The notes below the pieces were generated by a model, which ran no database searches, was not told the DNA's origin, and saw only the letters and a list, made by a program, of their open reading frames with translations. Positions 38,469-50,128 of a stretch of 60,000 bases of DNA are shown here, one piece after another (the stretch's first letter is position 1; the number at the start of each line of letters is the position of its first letter). Made by a program: the position numbers and the translations under genes. The stretch is from Laetmonice hystrix (taxonomy: Eukaryota): contig OZ249436.1 of NCBI GenBank assembly GCA_965235115.1, forward strand, positions 52,640,001 through 52,700,000, written 5' to 3'.

Positions 38469-40451
38469 TTAGAAGATATTGATCTGTTTATAGTATGGAC
38501 ATCTCATATTAAGATTTCTAAAAGTAGCGTTCGATACATTACACACCCATCGGATGTCTTGACAAGAAAAGCCGTCCAAGCTGTTGGTTATAGAGTTTGC
38601 ACAGAGAGTGCGTGTGGCTTAAACGCACCACTTCTTATTATTTTAGTGAAACGAGATAAATAATCAAGATCTACGCTATCGTTTTTGTGCGCAAGTGTCT
38701 AGCTGCTTCTCTAGCTGCTTTATTCTAAGATTCTGCTTGTAGGTGGCACTGTCACTTTCTCGATTTTGAATACACTATTTTGGTCTGTTCGAAAAAAAGG
38801 AAAACCATTGCAGGCCTAGGTGACTTGGTGCCGTGCATGGTTACACTGGTGATGTTGCAAAAATATGGCAGTCGTAGTCCCCGTGTTAGAACTTTTCAAA
38901 AAGGTATGTGTTCACGTATGGCACACTAGTAGACATATTGTAGTTTGCAGAGGTTGCATCCGAATCGTAACGCTCTTTTCATTCATCTTTTAATGCCCGG
39001 ATATTATAGAGACTGAGTTGTAAATAATGAAGATCGCCAGTAACAGCATGTTGACAACCCACAGAGGTTTGGTTGAATGGAACAGTGCGTCAAGCATAAA
39101 CGACTCTTTGGTATTTTTCACAATAATATTTTACCGGGTTTGCTACTGTTCAACTTCCCTTGTAATCAATGTCATTGGTTCTAGATACATGTACCTCAAA
39201 AACTCAACGTTTCTAGCCAAAAGCAGAAGTGCCACAGAGCACCTCATCTTGGAATTCGAGAAGTGAGTAGTCGGAAACGAGTATAGCTATCATTGAATCA
39301 GTAACAGATTATATTATCGCCCTTCATGTCTTCTCCCGTTCTCAAAATTGTGTGCAAGCAGTTCGGATATTTGCTTTCAACTACTTCCTTTTGTGTTCCT
39401 TAACGATTTGCTGGATATTTAGCTGTCCCACTAAGCTAACTGGAGTATTTTCTTTCCTGCTTTATCCCCTTATCCTTAGAAAGGCCGGGCAAAGTCTGAG
39501 TTCTCCAAAGTTATAAAACAGTCCTTCATTTGGTCCTCTCCGGCACTATGAAATGCACTTCCAATATCCCGAAGTAGTCGTTAAGCGCCATGCACACTAA
39601 AGCTATTGTCTGTGCGATTTGAGTTGAAAGGATTGTCTACATTTCCAGTATCCGGGGATAAACTACGACAACATGCTGTAGAGTACACTGTATCTTTGAA
39701 CTAAAAATCGCACGGGCGTCCCAAGGAAAAATCACGACGCGTAATCCCCGCTGCGCCAATTACTTATGCGGGGTTTCCATTTCTCATTCCGTGGCGTCAA
39801 ATGACATGATGGTAAGAAACACACTGACATGCACATGGCTAGGAACAGAGAAACACAAGATAAAACACAGAGAGTAAACATCTTATGGGTGCTTACCTGA
39901 GTTACTCTAGACCCGCTTTTATTAGGCGTGGTTAATATACTATATATGGGCTGTAGAACATTGTCATATAAAGGACCCCCCCCCCCACAATCTCGGAGGA
40001 GAATTGTCATAACAACGTGGGAGGCATTCGGTAGATGCTCTTAGGTTGTTGCTTATTACCCACCTACACGGGGCAGTCGATAGCAAATAGTGAGCTCCGC
40101 ACTGCTTGTCATTCAATTAAACAATATTTGTGTGCGAAACGGCCCCCTATGGCCGTGTATAACTATGTACTTAAGTGTTCCTGACATTCATGATTTAGAT
40201 TATGACGTCAAATGTGTCAGTGTTGACCGGAACTGTTGATATACAAGAGGCACATCCTCTGTTCATATAGCGAGCGGGAAGACAATGTCATTAGAAGATA
40301 TATTTTTTAGAAAATAACGATTTGTTGACCTGGTCTTTTGCCCCGAGAAGATGCTATAAATGTAATGATTGTGTTAATATTTTTATATTCAACACCCACG
40401 CGGAAGTATGTTGAACGGTCGTGTTGATGAGGTAGTTGTACAATAGTGAAG

Positions 40452-40485
40452 CAAAGATTGTACTAGGATCCTAGTACAATCTTTG
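40452..40485. mobile_element. 34-bp perfect palindrome flanked by a 7-bp direct repeat (possible minimal P-superfamily-like insertion)
   Basis: CAAAGATTGTACTAGGATCCTAGTACAATCTTTG, with AGTGAAG at 40445-40451 and 40486-40492. Confidence 0.75.
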
Positions 40486-40844
40486 AGTGAAGTAATAGGT
40501 GCGCTTCATCAAGATTAGATTCCCAAAAAGTACGAGTACTTACTTGAGATGTTCTTAATCAGGTTATACATGATATGCATTCTTTTTGATGATACATGTG
40601 TTGTTTTAGATGTTGCTGTGAAGATGGGCATCCGTAAAATATAATAGGTGTGTCCCCACTTCCGGCACTGGCGCTTTACGGGATTATCAATGGTGCTTAG
40701 GAATTACAATTGCAGTGCTGTCATCCGATTTCAGGTGCCCATAAAGTTCATAGTTGGCCACGAGGGTCGGGACGTTTCCATACAATAGTTCCTATGCGTG
40801 CAGTATGGTGGTTAATAGAACCTAATAACCCACAAATTTCTTCA

Positions 40845-41410
40845 ATCGGGAATCCTCGGCCATATCTTCGAAAGTAGCCTCCGGTGAATTGAGCGCCATT
40901 TTGAGCATTGCATCGCGGGTACATTGAGCCGGGACTCTCGCCAGCATGACAGACCTTGCAGTATTTTGTTTGCATCAGGCATGAAAGCAACTAAAAGAGG
41001 CCTCTAGCGCTCTTCTCAAAGCCAGTGGGCAATATTACGATAGTATCATGTATCAAGTAGCCCTACCATGTGTCGTGTTGTTGTCGTTCATGGGTGCGGC
41101 CATATTGGTTCCCATAATTTGATAAATTACCTTATCACGCCGATTTAGGTAAATTAGGTGATTCATTTTTCTTCTTCAAACGTCCCCCTTCATACCAGAA
41201 ATTTATATTTGCACATACGACGCCGAAGGAGAAGGTTTCAATAATGCACTACTTCGTAGCTCGATTGGATATGACGGTTCACTCAGTGCCTCGCTACACA
41301 GGTCCATTTCGCCATGTACATGTATCTGGTTGCCCCAATATCGCTCAATTCACCCGAGGGTGTTTTCGAATAGCAGGAAGTGATGTCAAATTCCCGAGGG
41401 AATCCCGAAT
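40845..41410. repeat. Old degenerate inverted repeat (foldback remnant)
   Basis: TTCGAAAGTAGCCTCCGGTGAATTGAGCG (about 40867-40895) pairs with CGCTCAATTCACCCGAGGGTGTTTTCGAA (about 41342-41370). Confidence 0.5.
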
Positions 41411-42963
41411 TTCTTATGTGGATAAATTAATAACCGGCATGTTGAAGTGTGCATTGTGTATATCGCCTATGTGTGTTCATGTGTTTCAGGTAAAACAGGT
41501 CCAGTAAGTGTACATACCACTCGCCTCTGTAGGACCCAATGACATGTTGTTAGCTGGCCGCTTTGCTATGCTTGGAGGTGCCTCTCATTCAGATTCTTAG
41601 AGTAAATGAAAGATTTAGAGGGCGCCACCTCCGCCTCAAAGAACGTAGGATTTGGATGAAGACAGCCGCCTTGAGTTAAAAAGTCTGTTGATTTACACCC
41701 CCCACCCATGGGGCCTGCAGGAACCCCCGGGAAGTATCTTGATTTCAAATGTGCCAACTCACCTTTATGATAGAGTAACATTGAATTGGTCTGGCATGAT
41801 CTATTGTTGGCTACTAATTACCAGTGTTTGTGCATAGTTTCAACATGTTTGTACACAGCATGTGGTAAATTAAATGTCATACTGCGGGGATGGTTTACCT
41901 TGAGCCAGCAAATGGATTGTATATCTAAACTCAAGGTGATTATCAGCCTCCGTGGACAATGTAGATCGGTTCATATTGTGAGGGATCTTGGCCAGACAGA
42001 TAAGTCGACCTGAGAAACAAAACAGCCAGTTTGAATCAAATAGTAACTAGATGTGAGATTTTGTCGATTTTCTCACGATTTTACCTGGGATTCAATGTGC
42101 CCCGAGTGATGGTTCAGATATCAGATTCAGACTAAACCTTTTTTTTCATAATCAAACCAAACTACGTGGATACGTCACGAAATCAAATCTAGGTAGTAAA
42201 TACCTGGCATTTATAGACCTGTGGGTATCGGGGGTAAAAAATAACATTGTGGAAATCCAGCTAAATCAAGGTTAGAGAAGGGAAGAGCAGAAGAATAATG
42301 ATACCCTAAATACAAATCAAGCATCCTTTCATATTATATTATTACTTCTTCAACAGAAGGGCAATGAAAACGTGATAGAAGAAAGCAAACATACGTTTGC
42401 ATATATCCATGTTATTTTGTGGACATACGCTCAGTTCCTGCTGTTTGTACTAAAAGGCAGTAGTATATTATGTAAGAGACAAAAGCTCTCTATTATGTAA
42501 GAGGTAACAGAACGATATTAAAATGAGGACAAAAATGTCAAAGGAAACGTATGTTTTTCACAGCTAAGCTATGAACCGTAGTTACTGGAGAGCGTAGAAA
42601 ATTGTGAATCAGGTGGCGGGCACGTAAATAGTGACCACTGTGAAAGTGTACTGGACTAAACTGGTGGTGCTATACGCGCAAATGATAATGCTGATAAAAT
42701 AGATGTTGCATGCTTGGCCGTATCTGGCCATGTCTCCTTCATAACATTTCTCATGATTGGACTCACTGCTCTCACATAATGAAAGTAGCGTATTGACGAA
42801 TATGGAAAGAATTCTTTCTCGATACATGAATATGTTATTGTACTGTAAACGTTATGTATAATGTTACAATAAAAGTGGATATTTTTGCATCATAACTAGT
42901 CTTTGACTGGTGCGAGCGCCTTTGAATAACACCCCCCCCCCCCTCCAATATTAAGCGATCGCC

Positions 42964-43153
42964 GATGAACCGATGACTTTTATTGCCTGTTCAAGTCAAT
43001 GCCAGGTCAACAACCAGCCATGAGACGTTCGCTTCCCGGCGACAACAGGCAACTGGAATGTTGAATTTCATTAGATCTGAGGTCTTATCTAACCTAACAT
43101 CCCATGTCTCATTTTGGAGTCATTGAAATGAGAGATACTTGCTGATTGCTTTT
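42964..43153. mobile_element. Partial (right-arm) copy of the foldback MITE at 10942-11384
   Basis: Shares GATGAACCGATGA..ACAACCAGCCATGAG.CGTTCGCTTC..GGCAACTGGAATGTTGA..CTTATCTAACCTAAC..CATTTTGGAGTCATTGAAATGAGAG. Confidence 0.85.
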
Positions 43154-43947
43154 ATTTCATCAGCCTTGATGCTACAGTACTGGTGTGCCATTACTGGGTA
43201 TGTTGTTCAGGATGGCCGCAAAATGGGCGGGATCGTTCGAGGTTGTTATAAAGCAGGCCCTTTAAGGAATGCCTTGGGTGTTTGTTTGTTAAATTTTGTT
43301 TTATGGGTTTTTTTATGGCCTTAGAATTCGTACAACATGTCCCACAAAATCAGCAAAGTCAAATGCATTATAGGATTCCTTCACCCCTCTTTACCTTTTC
43401 ATGGCTACTTTAGGTTTAATTTCTCTGCTTGTTATTGCGAAAGGCAAACTATCCCGCCGTCCGACTTTAGGCGACGTGACTGGATTTTGTCCTAGAATTG
43501 GTTGATATTTGCTACCTGCCAGAACCTACCGCTGTGGAAACCACTGTGGCAAGGAGATAAAAGTGCTCGGAATAAATAAACAGAAACGCCGTGAATGAAC
43601 TAAGTAGTGAAAACTCTGCCCCAATCTTTGTAACTGCTCCGATGATCTTTGTCAGCGGGGACCAAGATTAATGGCGACTTGGCCGTCATCATAACGAGGG
43701 CGACCTTTCTGTAGTATGAGCCCTGGTAACAAGACCTGCCCGGCGGCTGGGCGGCTCATGCTGGCTCACGTTTCAATTTGTAATCAACATTGTTTTTTGT
43801 CGGTTCTCCAGTCGACTTGGGATGATGAAACCTGGCCACGCTTTCTGACAGAGACTGCGACCCCAGTGCTCGGGCTTGAAATTAAATAAGAGGATCAAAC
43901 TCATTTAATAGTCGGCAGGGAAACCTTTCCGTCATCGCATCAATATG

Positions 43948-44487
43948 GGCCTGCCTCACACTAACCGATTTTCTAACGACACGACAAGTATATGTGAGAC
44001 CCGACAAGACAAAACAATTGTTCTTGTGATGTCGGTGGTTATCGTAACGTGTGAGAGGTTGGCCGACAGGGTACACGACACGAATCTGTCTTGGCGTATC
44101 GTGGGGGTTTCAACATGTCGATTTTTTTTTTGTCGTGTCGTAGGAAATCGTAATGTGTGAAAACACCTGTCGTGTCATGTCGTAGACAAAAAAATCGTGC
44201 CGTGAGAATCGTGGAGAATCGATGTATATCGTAGAAAATAGGTGGTTTTCATGTCGTATCGCACATAACTCTTGCGCGCGCACATCATCCACCGAGCTCG
44301 TGCCATTTTCCAGGTCAAATGATCAGAAACTTCCCACCAACACTTTATGTTATCATGTCGTAGGAAGTTATAGTGGGAAATCACAGCAGATCGTTTAGTG
44401 TGAAGACACCTGTCGTCCGATTATAATACACAACACGAAAACTTACGACACATTCGCGGCCCAAAATCGTGTAGTGTGAGGCAGGCT
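43948..44487. mobile_element. PIF/Harbinger-like MITE
   Basis: Perfect 15-bp TIR GCCTGCCTCACACTA (43949-43963 / 44472-44486); TAA on the right flank only; many internal CGAC/TCGT motifs. Confidence 0.72.
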
Positions 44488-44763
44488 TAACTCTTGACCC
44501 ATTATCGGTGGGCCTAAAAATTTTGGAACACTCTTTTCGTGACTCTAGCTTCTATAATTTTTACCCCAATATCATACTATTTGGAACATGATATCATCTG
44601 GTTAATTTTGTATACTAAATAAAATTGTATATTGTATAATAAATATACAGTCGGTGACTCAACTCTATAGCCCCACCCCCACCCCAAATACACCTCCGTC
44701 CCAAGTACCCCATCCCCACCCACCCCCACACCCCCGCATATACACACATTGAATGATAGAAGT

Positions 44764-44842
44764 GGCGGTGGCCGAGTGGGGCGTTGATACGTTGTCGGTG
44801 CTGTATAACCTTGGGGCAGGTGTTCGAGAACTGGGTTACGCC
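44764..44842 (+). pseudogene. Possible decayed tRNA-like / SINE head
   Basis: A-box TGGCCGAGTGG (44769-44779), GTTCGAG (44822-44828), and GGCG...CGCC ends; arms do not pair properly. Confidence 0.28.
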
Positions 44843-45276
44843 TGATGCTCGGACAGAGAAGGGCTCTATCTCCCCGAAAAAACACAATCATACACAAATT
44901 AGATTATTGTTTCGTAAAAGAAAACTACGTATTCAATTATATTATAGTGGCTGAAACTGGAAGAACCCCACTTTTTTCTAGTTTGAAGTATATCCATTAC
45001 TCCTATGGGGCACGGAAAACAATGTTGTGTCTTACAATCATTCTGGATGGTGTCTAGGCTACAAAATACAGACCTCTACCATCCAAGTCATTTTCCCCTT
45101 TTCCATGCATGAAGATGGTTCATTAAGGATGCTGACATATGATCACTAAATTGCTAAGTTGTAACGAGATCTTCTCTGACTTGCTATGTGGAAGTGCGAG
45201 TTATAAGATTAGTTGACCAAGTAGATATTTATCGAGATTTGTTATAAATTTGAAGTGACTGGGGTAATGTATAATA

Positions 45277-46129
45277 TCGGGTGGATAAAAAAAAACGCCC
45301 CGAAATTTAAACTTTAATATCTCAAAAACTATGCATTATAATTCAATAAAATTTCTTTTAGTATCACTTCATGATATTATCTCTGGTATGTTAAAGTCTC
45401 AGGTCAATAGCTTTGATATTAATTCCGTGGCGCTAAAAACAAAAATCAGTGTCTAAAAACGCAATGCCGGAATTAGGTCAAATATCATGCAGCTGCCAGG
45501 TGTTCAATTGTTCACTGTTTGATGCACCGCATTGTACCTTGGGTAAAAAAATTCAATATTTAGTTTTTGCATATTTTACAATATGTATAATGTTGTAGAC
45601 CACTAGATATAATAAAATAATTATGTGCTATTCCTAGTACTTTTAGAGAAAACAGATGTTTAATGTGCCAAACCCTACAGAGAAACTGCAACATTAGGAC
45701 GATATGACTGTAACCAGAAGTTCAAGGGAAATCGTATCATTATCACGTTTAGCAACACGTTCAGAACGTTGCGTATTTCCCAATGTTGGGAAGATATTTC
45801 CCTATCAGAGATCGGGAAGTGCACTGGCTCATGGAAAAAGAGACTGAGAGCAGTATGGAGTGAAAACGGGGGACCGATTGACCACCTACTCTAGTGTGAG
45901 GCCAGGGACTCTGGGTGCGATACAACCCGCTTTAGCCCGGCATTGCGCTTTTGTACAATGATTTTTGTTTTTAGCCCCACGGAAAGATTATCCAAGCTAT
46001 TGAGTTGTAACGTTAACAACTAAGAGACAACATCATGAAGTGATATTACGAAAAATTTCATTGAATTACAATCATTACTTTTTGAGATATTGAAGTTTAA
46101 AGTTCGGGGCGTTTTTTTTATACACCCGA
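45277..46129 (+). mobile_element. Internally deleted Tc1/mariner transposon with long TIRs and transposase C-terminal remnant
   Basis: About 190-bp imperfect TIRs starting TCGGGTG.ATAAAAAAAACGCCCCGAA, with TA flanks. 45784-45894 translates to CWEDISLSEIGKCTGSWKKRLRAVWSENGGPIDHLL*, the typical Tc1/mariner C-terminus. Confidence 0.85.
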
Positions 46130-47364
46130 TATATTCGGGCCAGTTTCGCCCGTGTTGATGAGGATAAGAGAGAGTAGATGGTGATGTAAGGCCCTGGGGT
46201 TAGCTCCTCTACTCTTCGCCACTTGTTTCATCACGTGTTTCTGGTCGTTCTGGTGACAGCATCAAGCGGCTGACTGATGCGTGAATGTTCATGCCTTATG
46301 TCAAAATTTTAATTTGACCTTTGAAAATGATGATCCTTCTGTTTTATAAGCGTACTTCTACGTGCGAGATATATATAAACTGCTGGAGTAAACAGAAAAT
46401 CCGAGCAGAATGGGGAGTGCACTTGATTATTCCATGCATACAATATGCGTGACTCATATATCAGAATTAGTTGCCGTGTTCATCTAGATGTACAGTCGAT
46501 GCCTTGATGTTGTGACTTGCCAGTGAGAGAGGTACTTCCTCCATTAGTCGACGATCTGCCTCGTTAATCAACACATCACTGCCGTCCTCACTGTGTCCCT
46601 TTCAGGTCCGCATACGTTTCAATCATCATCATGAAATAATCAATATTACTCGCGGCTGTCATCGGTAGAGATCTGTGAGGAATGTTTAATGATGAACCCT
46701 GCAGTCTCCTTCCTCATCTATACGATCTAATCACAAGGCGATATTTGTAGCTTTAGGCCATTACTGACAACATGTACACTGATTACATGATATTTTAATG
46801 TTGTTGGGATTGTTCTCTCTCGAGTCTGATCTGTAAGGGATCTGTCCTAAACTCTGCTGTAGCTATACACCTGGGGCACGGGGGGATAAGGATTTGAAAG
46901 AATTGGGGGGAGGGGGTCTGTGGTATATAGGTTTTACCTGCATAGTGTTTTAACGGAAGACATTTGTGAAAACGGCAGCCCCCTAGCGCCTATAATCTAA
47001 ACTATAATGGCACTGCCGCTGTCTCAAAGAGGCCAAGTGACGACCCAGTTGCGGGGTACTGGGGAGGGTCAGTAATGAGGGGAGTAGTACGGGAAGGATT
47101 CTTCAGACGCTCAACCACTTTACCACACCATTCCTCGCCCGGTCCCCATTTGTCGCCTCTTACAAACAGCCAGGGGTGAGGGCTGAGTATTGTTCTTATC
47201 TGTGATCCATCAAGGATGTAGTCCCCAAACAGAAGGAGATACATGTACTCATCGTACCGATATCCCTGTTATCATGTGGCTACCGCCATGACTGGTACCG
47301 GCCAGGTACCGGTCAGTCAGGGGCCCTGAAATACAGCCATAAACTAAATCATAAATATTGTCGA

Positions 47365-47536
47365 TGTCCCAGGCACGAAAACCTCGTATGCCAACATAGA
47401 TTTAATCTGCGGGGGTTTCTTGGTGAAAAATGTAAACTTAGTTTTAAGATGCCATCCTATAGATCAAAACGAGGATTTTTTCTGCTTCCTGAAAAACCTT
47501 ATCCGAATACGAGGTTTTCACGCGCTGTCCACGATG
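47365..47536. mobile_element. Small degenerate MITE-like inverted repeat
   Basis: GAAAACCTCGTAT (about 47377) and ATACGAGGTTTTC (about 47507) are inverted copies. Confidence 0.4.
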
Positions 47537-48886
47537 TATAGCTGTTCGTCGTGGCAAAACAGAAGTGCAAAACAAACCACGTAGCCAGAGGCGCCAACAC
47601 AGAAATTGGTTTCAACTCTGCGGGCAAAATCTTATTATGTTTTTTGAAAGAGTCAATTTGATACAAATTGACGTTTATTAAATGTAATCATAAAGAGTAT
47701 ATATTTTCCAATCTCCGGATATGCCAGTTTCTCAATTTGAATGATCAAATTAGAACATTTATATAATTTGTGTAAGTTTTGAAGGTTTATGCTCTGTCAA
47801 AGAATGTTCTCTAGGTTAGACCTTTGATGTGACACGTGCTGTACCCGTATATTTGACGTCACACGTGGCCATGAGGTGGCTGCTAGCGGCCCTAGTTTAA
47901 TGACATTAACCGCTGGCGGTATAACGGGGTATTTTGTAATGAATTAGTATAGGAATATACCAGACAATGCGTTTGCGGATAGCGGGGGGAGGTTGTACAT
48001 TGAAATACAACTGTTCGGTGTTCAAGAATTTTCTTGCCGATCTATACCGGGGGCGTTATAACAGGGGTTGACTGTATTAGCAAAGGTGAGATAACCTAAA
48101 AAGTGCAGAAAAACTGAACTGCCTCCTGACACATAAACACTGAAAAATTCCCCGGCCCACGCATGATCCAAAAAGGCAAAACTCCAGCCTCGTTCCATGG
48201 AGGTTGCAAATCTGCAAAGACGCTACGTCGGCCTACTTAATGCATCTCAACGAAACTGCTAATGCATGATCTTACTAATTATGCCTCATCATTTTGAATT
48301 ATTTCTAAAAAAATTATTCTCGCGTTTTTTTTTTCCAATCATGATTCAGTCAATCTAAATTAATACAAATTCTTACAGTTGTGCTTTCATCCCAGACATT
48401 TAATGATGACTGAATATTGGAAGTAAAACAATAAATTGAGGAAATTAACAACCGAACCAAATACGTGATATGCATGTACCTTTTTAACTGATTACAAATG
48501 GTAGCCATAATATTTCTGCTGATTTCTCCATTTCATAAATATTTTTATAATGTCATTTTTACAGAGCTTACATATACAGGTGATTCCTGGCTGCACAGTG
48601 TCCTTCGGTTTTAACATTTAATACATTGAGAAAATCGAGGATTTAAGATCGTTATTGCTGGCGCCCTTCTCCTCAATTCCTTGATTTGCCACTTTATGTC
48701 CGAACCAGAAATCGAACCGCCAGAAGTCCTTTCATGTAAAATGAATGTACTCGGATATTTTCTCAAGCGTAACAATGTACTAATAAAATATAAATGACTT
48801 CCATTATAACTCCGATCCCTTCAGTCCTATCCATCAGAGAGAGTCGTCACTCTTCCTGATGGCTTTCAATCCGTTTCAGTTATCTT

Positions 48887-49811
48887 TCCCATTGCCCATC
48901 AATGGTCATTATGTAATGATGTTGACGACATACCAAGTGAAGTGGTAATCCACCCCACTGCCCATCAATGGTCATTATGTAATGATGTTGACGACATACC
49001 AAGTGAAGTGGTAATCCATCCCATTGCCCATCAATGGTCATTATGTAATGATGTTGACGACATACCAAGTGAAGTGGTAATGCATCCCATTGCCCATCAA
49101 TGGTCATTATGTAATGATGTTGACGACATACCAAGTGAAGTGGTAATCCATCCCATTGCCCATCAATGGTCATTATGTAATGATGTTGACGACATACCAA
49201 GTGAAGTGGTAATGCATCCCATTGCCCATCAATGGTCATTATATAATGATGTTGACGACATGCCAAGTGAAGTGGTAATCCATCCCATTGCCCATCAATG
49301 GTCATTATGTAATGATGTTGACGACATACCAAGTGAAGTGGTAATCCATCCCATTGCCCATCAATGGTCATTATGTAATGATGTTGACGACATGCCAAGT
49401 GAAGTGGTAATCCATCCCATTGCCCATCAATGGTCATTATGTAATGATGTTGACGACATGCCAAGTGGAGTGGTAATCCATCCCATTGCCCATCAATGGT
49501 CATTATATAATGATGTTGACGACATGCCAAGTGAAGTGGTAATCCATCCCATTGCCCATCAATGGTCATTATGTAATGATGTTGACGACATGCCAAGTGA
49601 AGTGGTAATCCATCCCATTGCCCATCAATGGTCATTATATAATGATGTTGACGACATGCCAAGTGAAGTGGTAATCCATCCCATTGCCCATCAATGGTCA
49701 TTATGTAATGATGTTGACGACATACCAAGTGAAGTGGTAATCCATCCCATTGCCCATCAATGGTCATTATGTAATGATGTTGACGACATACCAAGTGAAG
49801 TGGTAATCCAT
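48887..49811. repeat. 63-bp minisatellite, about 14.7 copies
   Basis: Unit TCCCATTGCCCATCAATGGTCATTATGTAATGATGTTGACGACAT(A/G)CCAAGTGAAGTGGTAATCCA-type, giving 21-aa repeat ORFs on both strands. Confidence 0.96.
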
Positions 49812-50128
49812 ACCAACCTTGATGTTTCCTCCCGCACCTTGGAGGTTTGGGCCATTTTTTATGTATGAAATACTTTATCCTAGGTCTATTTCATCTCTTT
49901 AAAACCGCGTGCAGCATCTTTCGATTTGCCATGATACCTGAGTTACGCGAAGAAAGGCACCACATAATGATTACCCGATAAGTCCAGTCTTTTAGAAGGG
50001 GAAAACATTTATCTGCCATGTGACGCCATAAACTGTATCAGTAAAACGGCTACAACCCTCAGAACTCTCTGACGGCAGACAGTGAGGGGAGATCAAACGA
50101 ACCATCTGGCGAGTGGTGGTCGGCACCT

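Noticed and set aside
38142..38663. 173-aa ORF
   Set aside because: Runs through a MITE and a poly-A tract, has a non-ATG start and no recognisable domain.
47922..48075. Complete Tigger-like MITE ending ...TTATAACAGGGGTTGACTGTA
   Set aside because: Only one terminus found; no matching left TIR.
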